A DNA stretch of 63,155 nucleotides, the filler included, from Octopus bimaculoides (taxonomy: Eukaryota), in NCBI RefSeq assembly GCF_001194135.2. It is 7 parts of 6 records of this genome, joined end to end, with 100 filler letters (N's around TTAATTAATTAA, not from the genome) between each part and the next. Parts side by side here need not be neighbours in the genome. Positions count along the whole stretch, not along the records: positions 1 to 8,250 come from NC_069004.1; positions 8,351 to 32,771 come from NC_068982.1; 5 more parts are not named here. One strand, given 5' to 3'. Positions 1-11,450 of the stretch are shown here, piece after piece. The stretch's first letter is position 1, and each line of letters starts with the position of its first letter. A model generated the notes under the pieces. The model was given only the letters and a program-made list of their open reading frames with translations, made no database searches and was not told the origin of the DNA. The position numbers and the translations under genes are program-made.

Positions 1-280
1 CTAAAGCTCCACGAGGCTCCGGCAGGATATGGTGGCGAACCCTACTGTACTCTTTCCCCACAATTTTCTCTCACTCTCTCTTCCTGTTTCTGTTTTACCT
101 GTATTTCAAAGGGCCAGCCTTGTCACACTCTGTGTCACTCTGAATCTTCCCAAGAACTATGTTAAGGGTACACGTGTCTGTGGAGTGCTCAGCCACTTGC
201 ACGTTAATTTCGCGAGCAGGCTGTTCTCTTGATCGGATCAACTGGAACCCAACCCTCGTCGTCGTAACCGACGCAGTACC
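1..280 (+). mobile_element. 3' portion of a SINE-like interspersed repeat, ending at a (TA)n/(TG)n tract
   Basis: Non-coding, ends in ...aactggaacccaaccctcgtcgtcgtaaccgacgcagtacca followed by a microsatellite; resembles an octopus SINE tail as recalled (not database-checked). Confidence 0.55.
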
Positions 281-282
281 AC

Positions 283-317
<35 letters not shown>

Positions 318-562
318 TTGTGTGTGCGTGTGTGTGTGTGCGCGCGCGCGCGCGTGTGTGCGTGTGTGTGTGTGTGTTTATATATGTATATGTACGTATG
401 TATATATATATAAATTATTCATTGATTTACGAATAATATAGATGGATTTTCTTTTAATCACTTCCTCGTTGTTCCTAATTATTGTCAATTTTGCCAGTTG
501 TTTATGTAAACAATATTTCAACAATTGGTAACATTCTCAGTTATGTACATAGTTTAGTGATT

Positions 563-640
<78 letters not shown>

Positions 641-690
641 GCTGTGTCTCTCTCCTCTCTTTCTTTCTCTCTCAATCTCTCTCTCTCACT
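563..690. repeat. (CT)n microsatellite
   Basis: Direct reading; produces the false LSLSLS ORF 482..889. Confidence 0.95.
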
Positions 691-849
691 CACTCACTCT
701 GTATATATACGTACATATCTAAACAAAACCTGGGAAATTTGGTTTATTCGTAATTCCATGTTGCACGTGTTTCGTTATAGTATAAGAAATGACTGTGTGG
801 TAAGAAGTTTTCTTCCCAACAACATAGATCCGGGTTCATATGTCATTGT

Positions 850-1193
850 CTTATTTCTGCATCGTCCCTCTGTACATCTTATACTATAGACCACATTTCT
901 GGTTTTGCAGTTCGTTTGTGGGCTAAATCTACATACGATACGATACTGCAAGGAGCATAGGGGAGCGGGCAAACGTACATTGGAGGGAACTTAAGGAAGG
1001 GAAGAACTCATCAGTTCTGTCCCAGCACGCTGAGCAAGAACATAGAGGCTCAATCAACAACATAGAAATTAAAATCTTATCTACACATAGCAGTGATGCA
1101 GCACTTAGACAAATTACTGAAGCTACACACATAATAGAAGAGAAACCTAGCCTGAATAGGAAACTAGAATGGAACACTAACACACACCACTAA
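850..1193 (+). mobile_element. Penelope-like element fragment, GIY-YIG endonuclease region (degenerate, 5' part inverted)
   Basis: + frame 957-1193 reads IGERANVHWRELKEGKNSSVLSQHAEQEHRGSINNIEIKILSTHSSDAALRQITEATHIIEEKPSLNRKLEWNTNTHH*, preceded by a decayed YI..TARS motif. - strand ~925-850 reads PQTNCKTRNVVYSIRCTEGRC, the N-terminal C..VVY..C motif of PLE GIY-YIG domains. Confidence 0.75.
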
Positions 1194-2203
1194 CAAACCA
1201 CAAACCACAGCATGTGACAACATGTTACCCATAAACCAATAATAATATGAACAAAGTATAATACAATACATAGATAAACAAATGGAATTAAATACTACAT
1301 ACGCTAACAAANNNNNNNNNNNNNNNNNNNNNNNNNNNNNNNNNNNNNNNNNNNNNNNNNNNNNNNNNNNNNNNNNNNNNNNNNNNNNNNNNNNNNNNNN
1401 NNNNNNNNNNNNNNNNNNNNNNNNNNNNNNNNNNNNNNNNNNNNNNNNNNNNNNNNNNNNNNNNNNNNNNNNNNNNNNNNNNNNNNNNNNNNNNNNNNNN
1501 NNNNNNNNNNNNNNNNNNNNNNNNNNNNNNNNNNNNNNNNNNNNNNNNNNNNNNNNNNNNNNNNNNNNNNNNNNNNNNNNNNNNNNNNNNNNNNNNNNNN
1601 NNNNNNNNNNNNNNNNNNNNNNNNNNNNNNNNNNNNNNNNNNNNNNNNNNNNNNNNNNNNNNNNNNNNNNNNNNNNNNNNNNNNNNNNNNNNNNNNNNNN
1701 NNNNNNNNNNNNNNNNNNNNNNNNNNNNNNNNNNNNNNNNNNNNNNNNNNNNNNNNNNNNNNNNNNNNNNNNNNNNNNNNNNNNNNNNNNNNNNNNNNNN
1801 NNNNNNNNNNNNNNNNNNNNNNNNNNNNNNNNNNNNNNNNNNNNNNNNNNNNNNNNNNNNNNNNNNNNNNNNNNNNNNNNNNNNNNNNNNNNNNNNNNNN
1901 NNNNNNNNNNNNNNNNNNNNNNNNNNNNNNNNNNNNNNNNNNNNNNNNNNNNNNNNNNNNNNNNNNNNNNNNNNNNNNNNNNNNNNNNNNNNNNNNNNNN
2001 NNNNNNNNNNNNNNNNNNNNNNNNNNNNNNNNNNNNNNNNNNNNNNNNNNNNNNNNNNNNNNNNNNNNNNNNNNNNNNNNNNNNNNNNNNNNNNNNNNNN
2101 NNNNNNNNNNNNNNNNNNNNNNNNNNNNNNNNNNNNNNNNNNNNNNNNNNNNNNNNNNNNNNNNNNNNNNNNNNNNNNNNNNNNNNNNNNNNNNNNNNNN
2201 NNN

Positions 2204-2376
2204 NTATATATACGACGGGCTTCTTTCAGTTTCCCGTCTACCAAATCCAATCACAAGGCTTTGGTCGGTCCGAGACTATAGTAGAAGACACTTGCCCAAG
2301 GTGCCACGCAGTGGGAATGAACCCAGAACCATGTGGTTGGTAAGCAAGCTACTTACCACACAGCCACTCCTGTGCC

Positions 2377-2378
<2 letters not shown>
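2204..2378 (-). mobile_element. tRNA-derived CORE-like SINE (family A), 5' half
   Basis: Reverse complement of the 5' half of the complete copy at 39639-40042 (A box TGGCTGTGTGG, B-box-like GGTTCATTCCC, gcaccttgggcaagtgtctt core). Confidence 0.85.
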
Positions 2379-2415
<37 letters not shown>

Positions 2416-2459
2416 ATACACATATACATATATATGTATACGTATATGTATCTATGTTG

Positions 2460-2700
2460 GGGTGCGTGTGTGCCTTTGTGTTTGTCCACCACCACCACTA
2501 CATGACAACCGATGCTGGTTTGTTTACGTCCTCGTAGTTTCTTGGTTCGGTAAAAAGAGACTGATCGAATAAGTACCAGGATTTTTTTTAAAATTAAGCA
2601 TAAAGAAGTACCGGGATCGATCTGTTGGACTAAAAACCCTTCGAGGCGATGCTCCAGCATGGCCGCAGTGAAATGACTGAAACAAGTAAAAGAGTAAAAT
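2460..2700 (+). mobile_element. SINE family A, 3' half
   Basis: gacaaccgatgctgg...gcgatgctccagcatggccgcagtgaaatgactgaaacaagtaaaaga matches 39850-40042. Confidence 0.85.
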
Positions 2701-2945
2701 AATAATATTGGTATTAATAATATTATGAATATTGCCTGTTATAATTAATTTATAATCGGTATAAACGTGGAAAAGTCGTGTGACATCTACTGTAATTCTT
2801 CATGACAACTTGCATTATAAACCCTTTTTATACACACACATACACATACAAACACACACATGTATAAATATACACATGTATGTAACTATTATGAATTTAT
2901 TAGGTCTATAACATTATTATTATTATGATTAATAATATTAATATC

Positions 2946-3165
2946 TAAGACAGTGATCTGACAGAACCGTTAGCACGTCGTGCAAAATGCTGAGCCGTTA
3001 CGTTTTGAGTTCAAATTCCGCCGACGTTGATTTTAGCTTTCATCTTTTCGGGGTTGATAAATTAAGTACCAGCGAAACACTGGGGTCGAGTTAATCGACC
3101 ATCCCCCTCCCCAAAAATTTCAGGCTTTGTGCATAGAGTAGAAAAGATTATTATTATGACCATTT
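2946..3165 (+). mobile_element. SINE-like family B
   Basis: gacagaaccgttagcacg...gagttcaaattccgccg...tttcatc..ttcggggttgataaattaagtaccag...; further copies at ~5389-5500, 11938-12160, 23570-23735, 24115-24300, 26258-26460, 33270-33460. Confidence 0.8.
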
Positions 3166-3176
3166 GTCGAACCTTT

Positions 3177-3696
3177 TTGATTTTCCGTTCGCATGCAAAA
3201 TGGTTGCAGGAAGTTTTCTGGCTAACATGAAGTTCTTTTGTCAGTTTTCGAGTGGTTTTACGTGGATCTTTTTTAATGGCGATCTTTAATTGACCGTCAT
3301 CGATGACAGATGGGCGTCCACTATGCTCACGATTTTTAAGGCTCAGGTTTCCACTGCGAAATCGTTCAAACCATTTTCGAGCTGACCACTCACTGGTCAT
3401 TTCCTCACCAAATGTTTCGTTGATATCGCCAGCAGTTTCAGCTGCTTTATGTCCTTTTTTGAAGTCGAATAGCAAAATTGTTCGAATATTGCGCTTTAAC
3501 AGTTCCATTTCAGATGATTGTAACAACAATGAAAAAAATATTAATGTTAATTTATTAATGCATTTGGGCAAGTCAATGTCTGTATTATTAGACAATTGCA
3601 AAAAAAAAAAATGTTTAAAAAATTCAAAACTCTGAAAAATTCCGATACAAATTATTCATGGTTCAAAACGCTGTTTACCTTTTACTCAACCTGATA
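3177..3696 (-). mobile_element. mariner transposon 5' fragment (TIR plus N-terminal HTH of transposase)
   Basis: ATG at 3508: MELLKRNIRTILLFDFKKGHKAAETAGDINETFGEEMTSEWSARKWFERFRSGNLSLKNREHSGRPS (Mos1/Hsmar1-like HTH, WF.RF and HSGRP motifs); TIR-like TATCAGGTTGAGTAAAAGGT ends at TA 3695-3696. Confidence 0.9.
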
Positions 3697-5255
3697 GGTT
3701 CATGTTCATACCATTTATCAGTGTGGTCAAATCCTAGCTTTCTACATAACTCCCAGTGGATTATTCTCCCTAGATTGCTCTGTGTGCCAGCATGCTACAT
3801 TCATTTACTATATGAGTGATACTTTCCTCTTTTGATTAACATAACCTACATTGAGAATCTATCTTGGCTTTTATCACATTAGTCCTCTATGCTTGATCTT
3901 GTGCAGCTACTAACAAATTTTCTGTCTCCCTTTTCAGCATCCCTTTCTGCAACATTAACCATGTCTCACTACTACTATTTCTTGTAATTATCTTTGGGAA
4001 TCTACCATGCAAAACCTCTTGCTAGTTTGATAATCTTTCTCCTTTTTTCTGATCTGTAAGTTCATTTGGCATTTTTGGTTTCCCTATGTTCGACTGTGAC
4101 TCTAGCAGCTCTCAATAAACTTTCTTCACTATTACCTACACAGGAGGCTATATCTACTTTTGCTAACTCCACTCAGTCTTCTACTGATATTAACCCTCTA
4201 CCACCTTCCTTTCAAGGTAAGTATAATCTTGCTACTCCTGCTCTTGGGTGAAGTCCTCCATTCATATTGAATTCCTTCATAGTCGTTCTGTCTAGATTTG
4301 CTAATTCAGATTTTGTTCAATCTACACAAGCTGCTGAGTATCTAAGTAACGACACTGCCCAAGTATTTACAGCCTTCACTAGATTCGGACCATTTAGCTT
4401 TGACTTCATTTAGTTTCCTCGCCCTTCTGACGTACTCTTTCTCAAATTTCTCTTTCATTTCTGTAATTAGTACACAGTCAGATTCTAATACTCCTAGAGA
4501 TTTATAACTTTCTCCTTCGTTCAGTGATTTTAATTTCTGGCCACCTGGTAACTGGATGCTTTAACTGTTGACTACCTGTCCCTTTTTCATGACTAATTTT
4601 GTACATGTATCTATGCCAAATTCTTTTGCTGAAGAGTCTTACAGTTTGTATAAAGGAATCTATTTCTTTCTTATTCTTACAAAAAAACTTCAGATCATCC
4701 ATGTAGAGCGAATAGTTAATTTTTCCAACACTATTTCTGAACTGATACCCTGCCTTTACTTTCCTTGATATTAAACAGAGGTAGATTAAACATAAATATT
4801 AAAGGGGATAACGAGTCTCCTTGGAAAATTCCTCTCTTCATATTAACTTTCCCCAAGGCTGTGTGATCTGAATAGAGATCTACTTTCCATTTCTTCATGC
4901 TATAGCTTATTAACACTCTTATGCTGCCTGCAATAATGAATATACTCAAACATTCACTTATCCATGAGTATGGGATCATGTCATAGGCTTTCTTATAATC
5001 TATCCATGCTAAAACGTTAATTTTTTCTTTCTAGATTTCACTTATTTTAGAACTGCTTTATCTAAACATAATAGATCATGTGCTCCTCTAGCCTTCTTCC
5101 TGCAAACTTTCTGTTCTTCTGGCAGCAAATTCTGGCTGTCAAGGCGCTCGTAAATGCTTTCTCAGGGCATTTCTATAAACAATTTGCACACTAATGGTAA
5201 GCAAGTGATTGCTCTATAATTGTTAGCCATATTACTCTTGCTTTGTCTTCTATAA
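3697..5255 (-). mobile_element. Dong/R4-clade non-LTR retrotransposon fragment (RT region to HWELC motif), frameshifted
   Basis: Peptides WIDYKKAYDMIPYSWI, GIFQGDSLSPLIF, MDDLKFFCKN, KAVNTWAVSLLRYS, IIHWELCRKLGFDHTDKWYEHEP; multiple stops and frameshifts. Confidence 0.85.
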
Positions 5256-5280
5256 GGAGAAATTATTATTATAAAAGAAA

Positions 5281-5387
<107 letters not shown>

Positions 5388-5524
5388 TAAGGCAGCGAGC
5401 TAGCAGAATCGTTAGTACGTCGGGCAAAATGCTTAGCGGCATTTAGTCCGTCACTACGTTCCGATTTCAAATCACGTCAAGATCGATTTTGCCTTTCATC
5501 ATTGCTTTAGTCACGTAAATTCTA

Positions 5525-5703
5525 ACTAGGGTCCGCCAGCAAGGTCATGCGCTGTTTATCTTGACATTCGATCACCATGTGGCGCACATGTGGCTGTGAT
5601 GACTGGTGTACGCTTATCAGATGGGTAGTCATGATGGGTATATTGGGCTTCGTATATTTGTACCCCAGTGTCATTCTGATGGCATGCATTGCCCTCTCAC
5701 TCA
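5525..5703 (+). mobile_element. Non-coding retroelement-like terminus (family D)
   Basis: Reverse complement is clearly homologous to 25556-25740; both end at ...ctctcactca next to AAT/AAC-rich tracts. Confidence 0.65.
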
Positions 5704-6011
5704 TTATCATCAACAACAGTAACAACAACAACAATAATAAAAATGATGATGATGACGATGACGATGATAATGATGATGAATCTATATTTTTTCTTATTAT
5801 CTATTAATATTTTATATGTATTAGTTATCAATATTGCTATCATTTATTTCTGATTGTTAACATTTACTAATAATTGTCAATAGTTTATTAATGAAAGATT
5901 TATTTGATATATTCATTATATTTATTACTATTAATTATTTATTCATTTATTTAATTTAAGTATTTATTAGATACTATATCAAATGAGCATCAATTTTATT
6001 AACAATATTTC

Positions 6012-6075
<64 letters not shown>

Positions 6076-6078
<3 letters not shown>

Positions 6079-7248
6079 CAGTCTTATTTTTATCACGTGC
6101 TTTCACGGCACTACTGAGCGCAGCTCTGTTTGCCTTGAGTATGTGCTGTGGTTTGTTGTGATGCTCCCATTTTTGCTGTATTGAAAGTGTTTTACGTAGG
6201 ATGTGTGTGGTGCTTAGTAGTGCTATTTCCTGTATGTTATATATATTTGTTAGTCTTGATGTTTTTGTTATGTATTTGTCTGAATATTTTTTATCATACC
6301 TAATGCGCCTATTATGACAGGAATTGTTTCTGTTTTTAGACCCCACATTCAAGTTACCTCTATTTCCAGGTCTTTCTATTTTGAAAGTTTCTCCATTTCT
6401 TTTAGAGAAACGTTGTCATCTGTTGGTATTGATACATCAATTAGAAAACATTTTTTTTTCTTGATGATCCCTGACAACTGTATCCGGCCTATTGGCCTTA
6501 ATTTCTCTATCTGTGTGTATTGCCATGAAGGGGCTTTTCTTGCCATCGTTTTATTATGATCTGTTGTTGTTCCAGTTTTAGTCTGGATTTCAGTTGTTTT
6601 ACAGCTTTTGTTGTTTCTTCTTTTTCTTCATAGTTGTTAGGTACTATGACTTCAGTTTTGCATTTTTCAGCTTCCTTAAAAACTGAAAACAGGTTTTTGT
6701 TTTGTTCGTGTTTGTGGTTATTTGTATTAGTTTTCCTTGCTTCTGATGTAAGTGTTTCTGTAGTCCTATGGTGGTTATTTTGTAATAGTTTTCTAGCTGT
6801 ATAAGGCCTCTACCACCTTCTATACGTTGTATATTTAACCTTTCCATGTCGGATTTTGGGTGGTACATCCTAAATCCTGTCAATATTTTTATTGCTTTCC
6901 TGTCTATTTTGATTAGTTCATTTAGAGCCCAGTTTAGAATAGTGTAGCTGTAACTTATAACTGGGATGGCTAGAGTGTTAATACCTATTATCTTGTTTTT
7001 CGCATTGAGCTCTGTTTTCAGTATTAATTCAACTTATTTATAGTATCCCTTTCTTATCTTCTCTTTCATTTGTGTGTGTTGTATTGCATCTAGTTCATTG
7101 ATTCCTAAGTATTTGTATGTCTGGTTTTGGTCTAAATCTCTTATTTCATTTGTTTTATCTAGTGCGATATTGCTACTCTTAACTAGTTTTTCTCTTTCCA
7201 AGGTTGCTTTGACACATTTTTCTAAGCCAAATTTCATGTTTATTTCTT
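6076..7248 (-). mobile_element. Dong/R4-clade LINE fragment with intact 3' end
   Basis: EINMKFGLEKC..TYKYLGINELD..EKIRKGYY; MYHPKSDMERLNIQRIEGGRGLIQLE; YNIQEIALLSTTHILRKTLSIQ; 3' end ...aagactgctg then (AAT)n at 6011-6075. Confidence 0.9.
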
Positions 7249-7494
7249 NNNNNNNNNNNNNNNNNNNNNNNNNNNNNNNNNNNNNNNNNNNNNNNNNNNN
7301 NNNNNNNNNNNNNNNNNNNNNNNNNNNNNNNNNNNNNNNNNNNNNNNNATATATATATATATATATACACACACATGCGCACATATATATACATACATGC
7401 ATATATATGGACATATATATACATACACAAAGATACATACCACCCTACATACTTACATGTATACACACCACACACAAACACACACACACATGAG

Positions 7495-7575
7495 TAAGGA
7501 CATGCAAAACAAGTTGGGAACAAAATAGTACTCGAATACCAAAGGTAGAGTAATATGCTCTTTATTAAAGCAGCG
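7495..7575 (-). mobile_element. Possible Penelope-like LTR remnant
   Basis: - strand gctttaataaagagcatattactctacctttggtattcgagtac contains a poly(A) signal and resembles PLE terminal sequence as recalled; short and unverified. Confidence 0.3.
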
Positions 7576-7650
7576 TGTGAGTATGATCAGAGTATGATCA
7601 CCACTGTCCGACGAACGGTAACGTGAAACTCTGAGTAACAGTTTGTAAAT

Positions 7651-7725
<75 letters not shown>

Positions 7726-8294
7726 TGTGTGAAAGTGTGTGAAAGTGTGTGTGTGTGTGTGTGAAAGTGTGTGTGTGAAAGTGTCTGTGTGTGTGTGTGT
7801 TTGTCTAAATTTTTTTCTCTGCTAAAGTTCTATAAACGTGCCTTTATTTATCCCTATTTATTCGCCTCATACCAACTCGTTCTATTCCATTCTTCTTGCA
7901 ATAGTATTTTATGTTATTTTAATGTATTATCTTATTCACTATTTTTCTATTGATTCAACACCTGTTCACTCGACGTTACATTCTTTTCAATACACGCTTC
8001 TCTCTCCGCTTCCCATTTTTCTTTTCCTATTTAACTTCCGTCCTAAGTATCTTTCATTCTTTTACCTTTCTCCCATCTATACCACCTGTTCCACCCTATG
8101 ACAAGACTTATGTATATATATATGTTTGTATATATAAATAAATAATATATATATATATATATATATAATTATTTAAAATTATAATACAGGGTATCAAGAG
8201 ATACCACCACGCTGAAAAAATAACAGTCAAATCCTGACTCTAGTCAAATCNNNNNNNNNNNNNNNNNNNNNNNNNNNNNNNNNNNNNNNNNNNN

Positions 8295-8306
8295 TTAATT
8301 AATTAA
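8295..8306. other. Artificial scaffolding spacer TTAATTAATTAA (also 32816, 36868, 51239, 57700, 60793)
   Basis: Identical palindromic 12-mer giving stops in all six frames, always centred in a 44N+12+44N = 100-nt block. Confidence 0.95.
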
Positions 8307-8365
8307 NNNNNNNNNNNNNNNNNNNNNNNNNNNNNNNNNNNNNNNNNNNNCCCCACACACACACA

Positions 8366-8822
8366 CGGTGCGGTGAATATATTGGCGTCTAAATCACGCA
8401 AGAATGAAAATGACATTTTCTCATTTTAACAGATATATTTACCAAAATTACATAAAAATATCTTGAAATACTAAAGAGAAAATTTATTCAATACAATCGC
8501 CATTGGCTTCAGCCACAGCCTCCAGACAACTTCAGAATCTCCTGTAACTTTTGTGGAGTGTTTCTTTGATTAAGTTGGGGAATGTTGCTATAATTCTGCC
8601 TTCAGTACATCTTTGGTGTTACAAGGAGTTTTGTTGGTCTCTCTCTCAACTGCGCCCCACGCATAATAGTCAAGAGGCTTGCAGTCTGGGAACTTGCGTG
8701 GCTGGATGTTAAGTGTCATGTAGTTGCAGAAATTGTCTGACAGCCATGACTGGGTTCTCCGGCTTGTGTAGCATGGTGCAGTGTCCTGTTGCCAGACATG
8801 GAGTCTTCCAGCAGCCACCTTC
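8366..8822 (-). mobile_element. Tc1/mariner (maT/DD37D-like) transposon 3' fragment
   Basis: VWQQDTAPCYTSRRTQSWLSDNF...FPDCKPLDYYAWGAVERETNKTPCNTKDVLKA: decayed QQD..P.H and SPD.NP.DY..W catalytic motifs; terminal sequence near 8366. Confidence 0.85.
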
Positions 8823-9189
8823 TATTCCAAATATTTGGTTGATATTTCCTGTTCCTGGATTGCAAACGCATACCCTTTAAAGTGAGAGTTAGTAATCCGG
8901 TTGTATGTATGTATGTATGTATGGATGGATGGATGGATGGATGGATGGATGCGTATGTATATATACACGCGCATACATACATAATTCTTTATGGAAACGG
9001 TGAAACACGAAGAAGATGAAATCCTAAATAATACTGTTAAATATTGAGTTAAAAATTCTTTTAGGTAGAAAAAGTCCGAGTGCAGCCGTCAACATTTTCT
9101 ATCCAAACAAATTAATTCACGTTTCTTCGAAGTTTCTAAACTCATAGAACGTCAAGAAAATGTGTGCGTGTGCGCTGTGCGCATGTCTG

Positions 9190-9410
9190 CGTTTGTGTGT
9201 GTATCTGTATGTCTTTGTATCTGTGTTTGTCCCTCCACAGGGCTTGACAACCGTTATTGGTGTGTTTACATTCGCGTGATGTACCAGTTTGGCAAAACCA
9301 CTCGATAAAAAAAGACAATTATTGGGTTACATTCACTGAACTAAAATTTTTCAAGGCGTGGATTTCCTCCAGCATAGAAGCAGTTTAATGACAGAAAAAA
9401 GTTAAAGACA
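9190..9410 (+). mobile_element. SINE family A, 3' half (diverged)
   Basis: gtgtttgtccctccacagggcttgacaaccg..ggtgtgtttac..ctccagcatagaagcag. Confidence 0.7.
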
Positions 9411-9763
9411 ATACATTTTTTTGATCATTTTTTTAAATCATTTTTTTGACAATACATGATTTTTGATCACCTTGTTTTTAGAATTGTTTTGGATAATACC
9501 ATACTATATTCTGGTGCCTAAACACAAGTAACATTCAATTTTGAATCTAAATCTATTATATNNNNNNNNNNNNNNNNNNNNNNNNNNNNNNNNNNNNNNN
9601 NNNNNNNNNNNNNNNNNNNNNNNNNNNNNNNNNNNNNNNNNNNNNNNNNNNNNNNNNNNNNNNNNNNNNNNNNNNNNNNNNNNNNNNNNNNNNNNNNNNN
9701 NNNNNNNNNNNNNNNNNNNNNNNNNNNNNNNNNNNNNNNNNNNNNNNNNNNNNNNNNNNNNNN

Positions 9764-9818
<55 letters not shown>

Positions 9819-9855
9819 GTGTCTTATAAACATTTTATGTGTGTACATACGTGCG

Positions 9856-9959
9856 TACGTCAATAAGCTAAAAGTGACTCAAAGGCCGAGAGTTTCGAGG
9901 AAGGCTCATTGACTGCCATGCTTCCTGTTTTGAGTCACTTTTATGCTTTTTGTCGAGTA
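9856..9959. mobile_element. ~100-bp MITE-like element
   Basis: Imperfect ~30-bp TIRs (aagctaaaagtgactcaaa / tttgagtcacttttatgctt) ending in TA. Confidence 0.55.
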
Positions 9960-10144
9960 ACATAAACACACTCAAGCATACACATTCTTACGTGTATATG
10001 TGTGTGTGTATATAAATAAATACATACATGTATGTATGTATTTATCTACATACAAAGACGCACTAACATATTTACATACATATGAGCGGTGTGTATTTTT
10101 GATTGCAATGTGTGTGTTTTTGCGTGCGCATATCTGCGCGCGCG

Positions 10145-10380
10145 TCTGTATATTTGCATGCATGTGATTTGACTGCGTAGATTCTACATTATTCATTATT
10201 TTTGATGTTCGAAAGTGCACAATGAATTAATGTCTTTAAAATTTTGGACATAACCATAAAAGGGGACATTGGAAAACACTCCTAATTAAACGTAGGATGT
10301 TTCTGCCAAGTGATTATATGAATATGGCCTGTTATCATATTAGCTGAACTGTCACAAGAAATGCAGCCCCACACCTGAGA
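10145..10380. repeat. Left arm of a ~236-bp inverted duplication
   Basis: Reverse complement of 12371-12606, about 8 mismatches by eye. Confidence 0.95.
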
Positions 10381-11142
10381 CCTAGCGATTATCACTGAAA
10401 TGATAAACAGCCAAAAGTAGAGCGAAGGGAGACCGAGAGAAAGAGAAGCAGAAAGAAGTGTGAGAAATAATAGAGAGCGGAGGTTGGAAATGGAGAGTGA
10501 AAGCATACGGGGGAGAATAAAGGAAGTGCGACAATTAAGCGAGAGAGGGAGAGAGTAAAAGCGTGAGTGAGAGAGAGAGAGAGAGAGAGTGAGAGAGAGA
10601 GCAAGAACGTTAAAGAGAGAGAGAGTGAGGGCAAGTGTGTGAGAGAATGAGAAAGATGGGGAACAACAAAAATATAGACAGTAAGATGGTGAGGGGTTAA
10701 GAGAGAAGGATGGAAAGAAAGATANNNNNNNNNNNNNNNNNNNNNNNNNNNNNNNNNNNNNNNNNNNNNNNNNNNNNNNNNNNNNNNNNNNNNNNNNNNN
10801 NNNNNNNNNNNNNNNNNNNNNNNNNNNNNNNNNNNNNNNNNNNNNNNNNNNNNNNNNNNNNNNNNNNNNNNNNNNNNNNNNNNNNNNNNNNNNNNNNNNN
10901 NNNNNNNNNNNNNNNNNNNNNNNNNNNNNNNNNNNNNNNNNNNNNNNNNNNNNNNNNNNNNNNNNNNNNNNNNNNNNNNNNNNNNNNNNNNNNNNNNNNN
11001 NNNNNNNNNNNNNNNNNNNNNNNNNNNNNNNNNNNNNNNNNNNNNNNNNNNNNNNNNNNNNNNNNNNNNNNNNNNNNNNNNNNNNNNNNNNNNNNNNNNN
11101 NNNNNNNNNNNNNNNNGATCAAAAGGGATCGTGCAAAGAAAA

Positions 11143-11189
<47 letters not shown>

Positions 11190-11225
11190 GATAGAAAAGA
11201 AAGATTTTGTGTCTGATTGGATATT

Positions 11226-11450
11226 TACGAGGAGGGTGCTGAAAAGTTCCTGGCTTAGGGTAAAGAAAACGCAGGAGAATCAGTTAATTATGATTTTTAT
11301 CCAACGTTTTTCTCCTCTCAGGTTTACACATTTATTGCAGCGGTCCTTCAGTTGTTGTAAGCCCTGTAAAAGTACTCGAAAGACTGGTCCTCCACCTAGG
11401 CCTTTCACGATACTCTTTAAGCTAGGAACTTTTCAGTACCGCTTCATGTA
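11226..11450. mobile_element. mariner-derived MITE with TA ends
   Basis: TACGAGGAGGGTGCTGAAAAGTTCCTGGCTTA versus TAAGCTAGGAACTTTTCAGTACCGCTTCATGTA: ~32-bp imperfect TIRs, TA at both ends. Confidence 0.8.

Noticed and set aside
159-889. ORFs rich in YI/CV/HT/LS or homopolymer runs throughout the window
   Set aside because: Translations of (TA), (TG), (CT), (ATT), (CTT) and (CAT) microsatellites.
1282-2343. Long ORFs spanning N runs (also 21905-22575, 27255-28229, 34792-35952, 38488-39548, 46624-47371, 55237-55896)
   Set aside because: Open only because N codons are not stops; assembly gaps.
3062-3601. SETMAR-like domesticated gene or intact transposase
   Set aside because: Truncated after the HTH, runs into a SINE, and has no SET or DDD domain; all transposase and RT frames in the window are broken.
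8251-8350. Six identical TTAATTAATTAA motifs as a biological repeat or CRISPR-like feature
   Set aside because: Always embedded in 44N+12+44N blocks; a scaffolding linker.
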